A stretch of DNA of 64,000 bases from Octopus sinensis (Eukaryota), in the NCBI RefSeq assembly GCF_006345805.1, contig NC_043001.1:104842001-104906000 (forward strand), written 5' to 3'. Of the stretch, positions 1 through 12,519 are shown piece by piece. The notes beneath the pieces were generated by a model that was not told the DNA's origin, did not search any database, and saw only the letters and a program-made list of their open reading frames with translations. The position numbers and the translations under genes were made by a program. Within the stretch, counting starts at the first letter, position 1. The number at the start of each line of letters is the position of its first letter.

Positions 1-100
1 ACACAGGCGTATATACACACAATCGCACACGCGCAAGCGCAAACACACACACACACATATATATATATACACACATATAAATGCATATGTTATGTATTGC

Positions 101-160
<60 letters not shown>

Positions 161-259
161 CATTTATATATATATACAAACATATATATATCATACGTTA
201 TTATATATATATATATGTATGTATGATGTATTATGTTTGTATGTGTATTATATATATAT

Positions 260-314
<55 letters not shown>

Positions 315-728
315 GTGAGATGGGGAGAGAGAGAAAGAAGTTAAAAAGGGGGCGAGAAAGGAGCACAGAGATAGAAGGAGAGGGAGAGCTTGAGAAGGAG
401 GAGAATGTGTGCGTGTGTGTGCGTATGTATGTAAGCGTGTGTGTGTGTAAGGGAGGGAGGGTGAGAAAATGAAACAACTGGGCTGGAATTCAGTTAATCA
501 ACATAGTTAATTATTTGGAAGAATGGACGATAATAAGTGGTAATTTGCATCCTATAATCGCCGGAAAAAAAAAACGCTTGCTGCTTGTGGCGTTTAGAAT
601 AGCAATAATCTTGGTGTCACCCTTAACGGTTGGAATTTTCTTCTCTTGATACGACGTATATGTATGTATATAAGTGTCTATATATGTACGAGCGCATATA
701 TATATATATATATATATATACCCACACG

Positions 729-777
<49 letters not shown>

Positions 778-825
778 TATATATATACACATGTATATAT
801 ATATATTTAAGAATAATACATTTGT

Positions 826-1081
826 AGTAAAGATTGTTTGCCAACATAACATGGCATTCTTGGTTTAGGACTATGTTGCTGTAATTTAGCCCCAGGAGAC
901 ATCGTCTCCAGTTGGCTATACAACACGATCTGTGTCCTTATACTTTCGAATAAGGGAATCTAGCACCCCAACTCAGCTCAAAACAAGATCTGTGCATCGC
1001 GATTTCCGGCTTATTTCCCTTCATCAGTTAAATTTGTCCTAAACCAGGACTGCCATGTTATGTTGGCAAACAATCTTTACT
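826..1081. mobile_element. Fold-back element with 46-bp inverted arms around a structured spacer containing a degenerate hammerhead-like motif (Penelope-derived or MITE-like)
   Basis: Arms 826-871 and 1036-1081 are reverse complements with 2 mismatches. Minus strand of the spacer reads CTGATGA-a-gg..cc-g-GAAA-tcgcga-T (996-1027). Confidence 0.7.
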
Positions 1082-1215
1082 CCAAAGTACTATTGCTGAA
1101 TATCTCTCGTTGTGAGATTTAAGAATAGTAATTTTCTAATAAATTTGTACTTTACAAATGTATGGAGTAACTCATCAGATTAATATAAAATTGCTTTCAT
1201 TATATGTGAACACAA

Positions 1216-1400
1216 AAGCGGTGAGCTGGCGGAAACGTTAGCACGCCGGGCGAACTACCTAGCAGTATTTCGTCTGTGTTTGAGTCAAATTCCGCCGAGG
1301 TCGACTTTGCCGTTCATCCTTTCGGGGTCGATAAAATAAGTACCTGTTGAATACTGGGGTTGGTGTAATCGACTGGCACTCCCCTTGCCCCAAATTTCAG
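1216..1400 (+). mobile_element. tRNA-derived SINE, family A (core gccgaggtcgactttgcctttcatcctttcggggtcgataaa)
   Basis: Head gcggtgagctggcggaaacgttagc, B-box-like gagtcaaattcc, and a core shared with more than 15 copies in the window. The core resembles the Sauria/MetaSINE central domain (from memory, not searched). Confidence 0.85.
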
Positions 1401-1577
1401 TGGGATAGATAATCTTTGTTCGTTTAGTATTCGGGTTTATTTTTTGATTTGGTTGAATCTTGGTTGTTTTTTTTTGTTGGTGAGTTATTTTTAGCGTTTT
1501 GACAGAAAAAAAGTCATTCTAACATTGTTTTTCAACGTAAGCATGCCCAAACAAGTCGAATGCTTATAGTGATATGA

Positions 1578-1743
1578 CTGCGGTCATGCTGGAGCACCAC
1601 CCTTAGTCGAACAAATCGACCCCAGGACCTATTCTTTGGAAGCCTAGTACTTATACTATCGGTATCTTTTTGCCGAACCGCTAAGTTATGAGGACGTAAA
1701 CGCACCTACATCGGTTGTCAAGCGATGGTGGGGTGACAAACAC
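1578..1743 (-). mobile_element. SINE family B, 3' half
   Basis: gactgcggtcatgctggagcacc...gccgaaccgctaag...catcggttgtcaagc matches the 3' half of the full copy at 59015-59420. Confidence 0.8.
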
Positions 1744-1863
1744 ATTTATATGATTTTAATTTCGAACATTGGCACAAGTCTAGAAAGCTTGGGGTGGGGG
1801 TGAGGGAAACAGAATGTAAAGAGTATTTTACAGTAATTCTTTCATTTTGTTATGTTCTGTCCG

Positions 1864-2085
1864 AAGGTGGCGACCTGGCAGAGCCCTTCGAGCGCCAAGC
1901 AAAATGCTTAGCGGCACTTCGTCCCTCTTTACGATTTGAGTTCAAATTCAGCCTGGGTCGACTCTACCTTTCATTCTTTCGGGCGGTGGGTCGATAAAAT
2001 GAATACCAGTTGAACACTGGGGTCGATCTAATCGACTTAACTCCTTCCCCAAACTTGCTGGCCCTATGCTAAAATTCGAAGCCAT
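1864..2085 (+). mobile_element. SINE family A, diverged full-length copy
   Basis: Head, gagttcaaattc B-box, core and ctggggtcgatctaatcgact module all present. Confidence 0.8.
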
Positions 2086-2974
2086 TATACTCTGTTCTTT
2101 TCTCCCTCTCTTTCTTTCTCCTTTATGCCTTCCGTCTCTGTTTATTTTCTTCTTCATTCACTTTTACCCAGCATATCCTGCTGTTTGCTGCAACAAACTT
2201 ATAATTCGGAATATCCGAGCAAAGTATTTTCTTGTCTCTTTCGCATAAGAACATTATCAAATCAAATCAAATGAATGAAAAAATATATCAACAACGAATT
2301 ACTAAACACAGCGACTTGCCACGAATTCGAATTCCCCAACACTATATCCGTATTCTGTTCATAACCTTATGTCTTGCATCGTTAGAAAAATTAAATAGAC
2401 ATGAATATAAAATAAATAGCAAAATACATTACAAAATAATATGAACCTGAAGATATTTCCATTTCCACGAAATGGATGCAAATCAGAACTGGACTGCTGC
2501 CGGCATATGAAAAACTTTTTGCTACGAAAACAACAGCGCTCATGCAATAAATTGAAAGTAAGAAATGGTATTCTAAAGTATGGAAGGTCAAACGCACCCA
2601 GACGATATCGCGAGAAAAATAATTCAAAAGAATAAAAGCATTTTTCTTTTTAAAGTTGAAGATCAAGTGAACCTTCTGTGAAAGCATCAGTAGTGGATCA
2701 TTCAATCAAAGGAGCATTTCATAAAGTATGAAACGTTAAAAAGAAAACAAAATAACAACAACAACAATAATAACTCAATACTACTAGTTTATTATTAACC
2801 AAAATGGAGGAAAAATAATATCCAAAACGATGGAAGGAGAAAAGAATCTTAAAATAAAAAAAATAAATACTGCTTTCAATCAAAGAAACCAATTAGTATA
2901 GCGTAGGAGATTGAGTAAGCCCAATCTCTATCACACACATACACACACACACAGCGTATGAAAAACACATATGT

Positions 2975-2979
2975 ATATA

Positions 2980-3014
<35 letters not shown>

Positions 3015-3091
3015 CACACATATATATGTATATACGTATATCTATATGTATATAAATACATACATACAACATACATATATATATATATAGA

Positions 3092-3147
<56 letters not shown>

Positions 3148-3265
3148 TACACATATATATGTATATATGTATATATATATATGCATGTATATATATATAT
3201 ATATATGTAAAGATATGTGTGTATATGTATACATGCATACATACATACATACATACATACATACA

Positions 3266-3300
<35 letters not shown>

Positions 3301-3315
3301 GTATGTATATATATG

Positions 3316-3358
<43 letters not shown>
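2975..3358. repeat. Compound microsatellite (TA)n/(CATA)n/(CA)n
   Basis: Directly visible. It explains the overlapping YI/CV/HT-rich ORFs. Confidence 0.95.
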
Positions 3359-3360
<2 letters not shown>

Positions 3361-3686
3361 CTCGTATGTTAAAATATTTTTTCCGAAAATATATCAGATC
3401 AAAGAAACGCATGTTAATCCAGAAATGCATTGAATGGAGGAAATATTTGCGAAAGCTCGAAAGTCGAAGCGAATCCAACGAAAACAGTTTCCACGTCCAG
3501 TCAAACAACACATTTAGTGAACTGTGGGATATTGAACAAACCTAGGCTATAACAACCGATATATTAATCCAACTGAATGGAAATAAATGATTTCCTAAAA
3601 TAAACCAGATCAAAAAAATTGGCCACGAATACGCTACAAATATACGCAATTAAAGAAGGATCGAACCGGCGAGTAAGAATCTATAT

Positions 3687-3849
3687 CAGTGGTTCTCATT
3701 CCCGGTTCCCAAGGCCGCATGCTGTCCTTAAGCTTCCTTTCAGCGGCCCTCGACGTTATATTTTCTATAAATATAATACATTTTTCTTTGATCGACTTAG
3801 TTTACTGTTTTTTGTTCGCCCCGGATATTGAAATGGTTGAGAAGAACTG
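3687..3849. mobile_element. hAT (Charlie-like) MITE, 163 bp, with perfect 8-bp TSD
   Basis: TIRs cagtggttctca / ttgagaagaactg. Flanking direct repeat atctatat at 3679-3686 and 3850-3857. Confidence 0.85.
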
Positions 3850-4379
3850 ATCTATATACTCGCTTAGCCTGCTAGAAATACCAGGCTAATCTACTCTCAA
3901 ACCACGCCAACACAGTAACAGTCTTAAGAAAGAACAATTCTTTGGATAATATATTACGGGATCAATATACCTGAGACAAAAACAAAATGTAGGAAACAAT
4001 GGACGGAATGGCTATTACTTGTGAGTCTTTGAACTCTTGTTATTTCGATCAGAGCCAATTTTGGTTTGAACAATACTAAAAAAAATATTTCATGAAATAT
4101 GGAAAGTTAAGCTAACCCAGAAGAAAGCATTTTAAAACTCAATTATAGTTTTTATATAAATGATCTGTCACTGATTTGCCATCAGTTAAATGGCTCCAAA
4201 GATTAATATATCAAAACTAATTGCCCTGCTGTTTCCATTCCTATTTCTATTACTTTTTATCTTAATTTCTTTGAACTCACAGAGAAATAACTAAAGCAAA
4301 ACAAATACAAATTGGATTCATATTTTAGGCGCACGCTTATAGACGCACACATATAAAGACTAATACGCACAGCTACAAG

Positions 4380-4476
<97 letters not shown>

Positions 4477-4616
4477 TTTCCTCACGATGCCTTTTGATCG
4501 GAATTTTATTTTTCTCCTTTTTTTCTTTTTTCGAAAAGAGAAGCTCTACATTGTATTTTGTCCCCTCTGTGTTCGGCCCTGTGTGACAAATAAAGAAAAT
4601 TATCTATCTATCTCTC

Positions 4617-4667
<51 letters not shown>

Positions 4668-4689
4668 CTATCTACCAAATATATATTGT

Positions 4690-5530
4690 GGAACAAATGC
4701 AAATGGATAATATTACTTCTCACTGTAAAGCAGTCAACATTTAGTTACTCTTGTGAGAAGCATGACTCTTCCAAGTGAAGTCCTACCACAGACAATGCTT
4801 GACCCTGGGAGTTATTGATAGACATTGTGAAGCTGATACGAATAGGAAAGAGCACTCTTCTGAATGAAAAAAGAGTTTCTTTTTACACTCTAACACTTTT
4901 CTCTCTCTATCACCCTTATCTCCCCACTCCTACTTTCAAACTATCTCCACTGACCACTAACTGGTACACTTTCCCTTACTATCTCTTCATTGTTTTTCCG
5001 TTTCCTTGTTTCTTTCTTTTCTTTATTCCTCTCTTCTTGTTTTTTCCTCTTTTTATTTTTATTTGTTATTATTTTATCATTTTTCTTCTTTTCTTCTCTT
5101 TCTTTTCTCCTTTTACTCTTTTTTCTTTCTTTATTCCCCTCTTCCTGTTCTCGATTTGATCTTACTAATACATTCCCTACTTTTAGGTCATTTTAAACAA
5201 AACCTTTGATTCAATAACACTGTGTATAAACTTGGAATGACCAATTTTAAATACTATTGGATTTTACCCATAAGGTAATGGAATCTTATATCTATACCAT
5301 TCTGCCTAAATACTGAATCTACAAATGCAACATCCCTGCATATCTCACATCTATTTTCATTCCTCCACTTCACAATCCAATCTATTTCATATTTTATCTA
5401 GAATAACTATTGCTTCACCATCTTCTCACACCGTCTCTGATGAAGGGATATATAAAATATCCTGGAAACAGCTGTAAGACCTAGTTATAAACATTCTAAA
5501 ATCTACACAGACTTGGGTTTTTTTTATCGC
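4690..5530 (+). mobile_element. Probable Penelope-like element 3' remnant ending in a hammerhead motif
   Basis: Pyrimidine-rich tract followed by the hammerhead at 5433-5480. Weak degenerate similarity to a GIY-YIG C-terminus (TLLNEKRVSF) near 4850-4885. The protein similarity is weak and boundaries are approximate. Confidence 0.45.
5433..5480 (+). ncRNA. Minimal type I hammerhead ribozyme motif, canonical core
   Basis: gtct-CTGATGA-a-gggatat(ataaa)atatcct-g-GAAA-cagctg-TA-agac. Stem I gtct/agac, stem II, palindromic stem III acagctgt, GUA triplet. Confidence 0.75.
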
Positions 5531-5716
5531 ATTACGAAAAATTTTTTTCATATACATATATATACATATGTATATACACACACACACACATACAATCGCG
5601 AAATGACGCATTTATAGATATATTTGTATACATGTATATATACATATATTTATACCACACACATATATACATATATATATATATGTACATATATATATAC
5701 ATACAAATAAATATAC

Positions 5717-5747
<31 letters not shown>

Positions 5748-6068
5748 ATATATATATATAATATGATATTATATATATATATATATATAATATATGCATA
5801 TGTATACATATATACATATATATATATATAGATAGATATATACATGCATATATATATCCATGTATATATATTTCTATACATACAAATATATGTATATATG
5901 TATATACATACACACACACACACACACACATATATAATCGTCTGTGTTTATGTGTGTGTGACATAAGTCCAGAGCGGAACTGGAATGATCATAGTTTAAA
6001 TGTATTTATTTAGCGCACAGAAATGTACACACATACACAAGTATATATCTTTGAGTGTGTGTGTGTGT

Positions 6069-6146
<78 letters not shown>

Positions 6147-6634
6147 TACGTATGTGCGTGCTAGTGAGTAAAGTTTATGCATAAAATGTATCAGTATCAC
6201 CGTTTGCGCTTGGATTCTGTGAAAATGATGGAACTGAATATAAATCTTAGAACTTGCAACAGAAAAATATAAAGAGAAAACGAGCAAAGCTATTATTGGT
6301 AACTAGTTACCGTAATGTATCAAAGAATACCGTATTGTATATGGAGATCTATGTATACATTTCTGAATTCTATACGAGCTCAAAGCCGAGAGTTCCGTCT
6401 TGTACAAGCAGAAAGATTTATTGGGAAATAGTTATTAGCAATACATGAAGTTAGTTTCTAGTTGTAGCTTCTTAACTTATTAACTACTAACAGGTACCGT
6501 GCCTACACTCTTGTTGTGTTCCGAGATGAGCGGTAATGTCTTCATAATCATGTGGCGTGTATATTCTTGAAGAATTTGGTAAAGCGAGATCAAAAGATGT
6601 TATTCGCTACGCATCATTACGACCTTCGTTTGCA

Positions 6635-7105
<471 letters not shown>

Positions 7106-7774
7106 CATGTATAAATATATAGGTATTTGTAGATATGTGCAAATATATTTGATATTATTTGATATCGTTTGTCATATTCGAATATATATATTTCACAGTA
7201 TTACATACACAACACGTGCGTGAGCACATACACACAAACACACGCACGTATACAAGATAAACAGACAAAATGCATTCACGCTAATGCATCTGTGTGCATA
7301 CGTGTATGTGCAAGGGTGTGTGTTTGTGTAATAATGTGACTATCTTTTATTTCAAGCAAAAAAATCTCCACTCACCCACAAAAAAAGTGCATTAAACAAA
7401 TATTATTTCCCTAAGAACATTTACTGCTCACGTATGATTTTTTGAATAAACCAATTAATACGAAGTTCAGAAGGAATGTCAGACAGTTCTGTTGTGTTTT
7501 TACTTATAGACAGACTTCTTATTGCTAGATGAACGCTTATAATTGATGCTACTTAAAAATTGCAGACATTTGAAATTGTGACAAATTGCAGCGCAACAGA
7601 CGGCTTAAATTACAATATTTGTAATTTTAGTTGAGCAAAATTATATTTGAAGTGATATCTAGCCTCTTCGGTGTAGGATTAATGACTTCAAAATGAAACT
7701 TCGCCGAATAATAATTTGAAAATGAGATATCACAAAATAACTTATTTATAAAATATGTCGTGAATCCATTTAGT

Positions 7775-7978
7775 GGCAGAGTCGTTAGCGGGCCGGACTA
7801 AAGTGTTAATGGCATTTGTTTGGTCATTACACTCTGAGTTCAAATTTCGTCGTGATCGACTTTGCTTTTTATTCTATCAGGGTCGATAAAATAAATACCA
7901 GTTCAGCACCGAAGCCGACGTAATAGACGACTTGCCACTCTTGAAGCTGCTGGCCTTTACCAAAATTTAAAGCCAATA
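7775..7978 (+). mobile_element. SINE family A, diverged copy
   Basis: ggcagagtcgttagc head, ctgagttcaaatttcg, gatcgactttgc...gggtcgataaaataaataccag. Confidence 0.75.
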
Positions 7979-8867
7979 AAATAATCCCACGCCATATTGC
8001 GGTTAATTATTTAAGATTACGTCGATTCCTCCGTGGTGTTGTTTTGCATTTATAACAAACAAATAATGAAATAAAATATACCTGTCGCGGGGTGGGGTTT
8101 GGAACTAACACCCGCGTTAGTCGAGGGATTAATGTATGGCATACGAATATTGTATAAATTTTAGAATTGAAAAATTTACTATATTTTGTACATACGAGTA
8201 TATCAGCCTGCGGGCATAATAAAATGGGTTAAGAGTAATTTCTACAAGTTCTACCAAAGCACCAGTTGAGGAATGCAGTCGGTATCATTAACGGTGGCTA
8301 TTAACGTCGACTAGGATGAACTGGGATGTCTCTTCTGGGGGATTTTTTGTCTGTAACTATTGGCACCTTCTCTATATCTCTGGCCTTGTTGCTGGAGAAG
8401 ACATTCTCCCAAGTTTCCACACGGTGGGCTTGAACCCGGAACTATGTGGTTGAGAAGCAAGCTTCTTGTCACACAGCCAAGCCTGTTTCATTTTTTAACA
8501 GAATATAAGTTTTAGTGCTTTCTTATGAACAAAACACTGCAAGTGTGAGTTATGAACCGTCAGAATCGATCTTTGCGTTGTTAAATGAGAAAATCTTCAG
8601 TGATGTCCGGAAAAATAATGAATTGTACAATGTACGCTTTACGCGTCTGTGTCTGTCTATCTGTGCGTGTGTTAATCTACGTGCCGCAAACGAAACCCTT
8701 TTAGTGTCGTAGTCGACGCTATATCATTGGTGAAAGGAAAAAAAAACCCAAAACAAAGAAAAAGTTGAGAGAAAATGCATCGAACAAAAATGGCTGCGAA
8801 GATAAATCGTCATCTTCAAACACCTTTTTCAACAAACAAATCTCTGCAACACACACACACACACACA

Positions 8868-8900
<33 letters not shown>

Positions 8901-9156
8901 GAAGTAGACCGAATACGATAAGGGAAATTCTTTTTGAAGAAACGTTGATATATGCGTTGTGGTCTTCTAGCGCCAGTCTCCTGAACCGAGTCGATCAATA
9001 AACTTGTTAATTTCGCCCACAAATAGTTTTAGACGAAATAAATGGTTTATTAGGTGTAGAGTTAAGTATTATCAGATCCGTCCTAACTAAACACTCCACT
9101 TCTGTTTACTGTATGGAATTATCTGGCCTCTCTCCCTCTCTTTCTCTCTTTCTCTC

Positions 9157-9196
<40 letters not shown>

Positions 9197-9197
<1 letters not shown>

Positions 9198-9345
9198 GGG
9201 GAGGCACGTGGCTTAGTGGTTAGGGAGTTGGATTCATAATCATAAGATTGTGATTTCGATTCCTGGACTGGGCGATGTGTTGTGTTCTTGAGCAAACCAC
9301 TTCATTTCATGTTGCCCCAGTCCACTCAGCTGGCAAGAATGAGTT
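9197..9345 (+). mobile_element. tRNA-derived SINE, family C (head plus CORE/V-like block)
   Basis: A-box ggcttagtggttagg, B-box gatttcgattcc, gtgttcttgagcaaacc, ccagtccactcagctggc; related to 14734 and 24832. Confidence 0.75.
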
Positions 9346-9450
9346 ATCCTACAAAGGACTGGCGTCTCCTCCGGGTGGAGAATATAGACATCATTAAAAC
9401 CAAGAAACCGGTCGTCATGAGCCTGGCATGGCTCCTGCGGGAAACATTTG

Positions 9451-9497
<47 letters not shown>

Positions 9498-9542
9498 CAT
9501 ATATATATGTGTGTGTGAGTATGTGTGTGTGTGTGTGTATTT

Positions 9543-9750
9543 GTGTGTCTGTGTTTGTCTTCCCATCATCATTTGACAACCGATGCTGGTGTGTTTACGT
9601 CCCCGTGACCTAGCGGTTTGCCAAAAAACCGATAGAATACGTACTATGTTTACACAAAATAACCCCCAGGGTCAATCTGTTCGACTAAAGGCGGTGCTCC
9701 AACATGGCCGCAGTCAAATGACTGAAACAATTAAAAAATAAAACAGTAAA
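9543..9750 (+). mobile_element. SINE family B, 3' half following a (GT)n tract
   Basis: gtgtttgtc...tgacaaccgatgctggtgtgtttacgtccccgt...ggcggtgctccaacatggccgcagtcaaatgactgaaac. Confidence 0.85.
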
Positions 9751-9782
9751 AGTATATATATATATATATATTACATGGAAAT

Positions 9783-10150
9783 ATGCGAGCAAGAGAAATG
9801 ATATTCTTAAGATTATAAACCTTTAAGCATTTTTAGTCTTGATCCAATGACTATTTTTCTATAATGAATTTTCCTATCATTTATACTATTCTACTTTGCA
9901 TAAAAATATAGCTATATTGGTACTTCTGGCTCTTTTCTTAAGCCTTCTTGTGTATCAATACCTTAACAAAGTGATGGTGCCTTTTTTTAAATATAATGTT
10001 ACTTTGTAATTAAAATCAAATAATTTTTAATATTCAAATTTTATCCTAAGCTGCAATATTTTAAGTAGAAATTTTCGTTCTGTACTTTACCAGTTGTCCT
10101 GAAATTTTCCAGCTTTATAATCTTAAGAATATTATTTCTCTTGCTCGCAT
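9783..10150. mobile_element. MITE-like element with 37-bp terminal inverted repeats
   Basis: atgcgagcaagagaaatgatattcttaagattataaa (9783-9819) versus 10114-10150, 1 mismatch; catgg/ccatg lie just outside. Superfamily not assigned. Confidence 0.7.
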
Positions 10151-11106
10151 TTCCCCATGCAATCCATGTTTTTTTCCAGGCTATGCTATTATGCTAAATA
10201 ATAATGTGTCAAATGTGTCAATTAGCGGTCTCGTTGATAATTTTTTCCTTACCTCAAGACGCCGGTGACATATATTAAAAGTCCCCTTATAGAACTATAT
10301 TCATAAAAACGTAAAGAGCTATATTATCGCCCCCAAATTTAAGAAACAAACACTCATAACTTTTTTCTTTTAAAACTTTATTGCATGAGATTGATACCAT
10401 GAAATTCCTCGAATTGAGCTCTATCATTTAAGCTTAATTAAAATGTAGTTTGTTTTTAAAATAAAAATGTTAATTATACTTAAAACCAATCTTTTGCCTT
10501 ACTTTTTTTTTAATGATATTTTACCTCACAACTTTTTGATACAAATTCTTGTTGTATTGGACCAAAACTATAAAATTCTTCACGCTTTCTATCAATGAAG
10601 CTAAGATAAATATATTTTGCCGTGGAAATAAAAAAGTTACTTAGATCCAAACTTGACTGGTGGCGTTACTTACTCTCCTATAACGTTGCTACAAATTTTG
10701 ATGTAAGTTTTTTTGTATTGGACCAAATTTGATTTCTTTAATGCCCCAATGTAGCTAGGGACCATTCCTCTTCAAAAATGTTAGCAGCTTTCAATTTGGT
10801 TAAGAATTCAATTAGCAACAAGCTCTGAAAGATGCTGTGTGTGAATAAATTGAGACCCTAAGAATATTATTCGACTACTACTGTATTTGAATGATATATA
10901 TATATATACATATGCTCATATACATTGACATATATACATATATATAAATACATATACATATATATATATATGTATATATATACATACATATATATATATA
11001 CTATATATACATATATATACATATATATACAAATATATATACACACACATATATATACATATATATTTATACATATATATATACATATATATATATATAT
11101 ACGTAC

Positions 11107-11183
<77 letters not shown>

Positions 11184-11188
11184 TATAT

Positions 11189-11226
<38 letters not shown>

Positions 11227-11229
<3 letters not shown>

Positions 11230-11275
11230 TAGCTGACATACCCGGTAATTCCCGGGAAAGCGGAGCTTATCCCTT
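11227..11275 (+). mobile_element. Possible Helentron/HINE-type terminus
   Basis: tactagctgacatacccggtaattcccggg directly after (TA)n resembles the ACTAGC...CCCGG...CCCGG terminal hairpin of non-autonomous Helitron relatives. The other end was not found. Confidence 0.35.
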
Positions 11276-11856
11276 GGTTCCATTCTCATAATTGTTTCGC
11301 TAATCCAATAATAACAATACAAAGCACGTAGCCTTTAAAACGGTTTTTGTGCATTTACAGAGAATACCGAACTCTCTCACACAGGTTCTTGTTTTTAGGA
11401 ATTTCCAGTTAGTTATGAATAGCAAAACTGTGAAGTCAGTTGTGTAATAACATGAAATCAGTTACCCGATAGTAAGAATTCAAATAAAGTAGCCCCCCAA
11501 AAGGCTTTAATACGCTCTCAGAATATATAGAACATAGGAAGAAATACTAATAAGGGATGGATACTAAAATCATGAAGCATGTTATGCAATAATAGGCTAA
11601 TCAGATATGAAATAATAACAATTCAAAGTAAATAACTCTGAAAAGGGCTTTTGTGCATTCCAAGAGAATATTACCCTCAGCGGCACTAGTGTTGGTATAT
11701 TCGTAAATAAGTCACTAACCGTAATAAGTGGATCTGTTGCTAATGTACGGCGCAACACGTTTAATCGATAAAAACAAATCCTCTTCGCAGGTTGTCCAGT
11801 AACAAAATGCAGAACGCTCACTTGTCTACAATAGGAGAGTCCGCGGTGTGTGTCTT

Positions 11857-11941
<85 letters not shown>

Positions 11942-12197
11942 TGTGTGCGCATAACTTTGTTGTAGTTGTATATTGTTTTGCATCTTAAATCTCAAACATT
12001 GATTAAACATAGTTGCTGCAAATATTATGTCTCGTTCTTTGGCACAATAACGATGTTCCGTTTCCCTGCCAAATGGAAAGTGACCCCCTAAATTTCGATA
12101 CAACCTAATAATTGAAAGACTGAAATTTCTGTCACAGTAACCAGTTCAAGTCGTCCCATACGCATCACCAATCCTTTTCAGAGAGCATCTAAATCAG

Positions 12198-12519
12198 CGG
12201 CTCGCAAACATTCTTAAGTGTAGACCCATTTACTTACAGTTTTATCCTGGTGGACCTTTCCCCAAAGCCATTCGATGCTAAATAAGTAGTTTTCTAAATA
12301 CTTCATTTAAAATTCCTATTTTGTTTTTCACACTTTTACTTTTCTCGGTAGAGAAATGAAACAAGCTATTTCTTGCGATAAACACATCTAAATCAGTATT
12401 CTCTCGTGGTCCATTGATACATTTCTGTAGACCCCTAATTTAATATTTTGCTCGTCTCGACCTCCACAAATCATATATAGATCCCAAGGGCCGTATGGAC
12501 TTCGATTGAGAACTATTGG
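12198..12519. mobile_element. Degenerate hAT/Charlie-like MITE
   Basis: cagcggctcgcaa...ttgagaactattg termini, flanks resembling the NTCTAGAN target; related start cagcggttcccaacc near 62397. No exact TSD. Confidence 0.45.

Noticed and set aside
81-868. Many ORFs rich in YI/HT/CV/LSIY repeats here and throughout the window
   Set aside because: They are translations of microsatellites that lack stop codons in some frames; there is no coding signal.
6298-6311. Perfect 14-bp palindrome ggtaactagttacc
   Set aside because: A few such palindromes are expected by chance in 64 kb, and the half-site orientation does not fit an RFX X-box.
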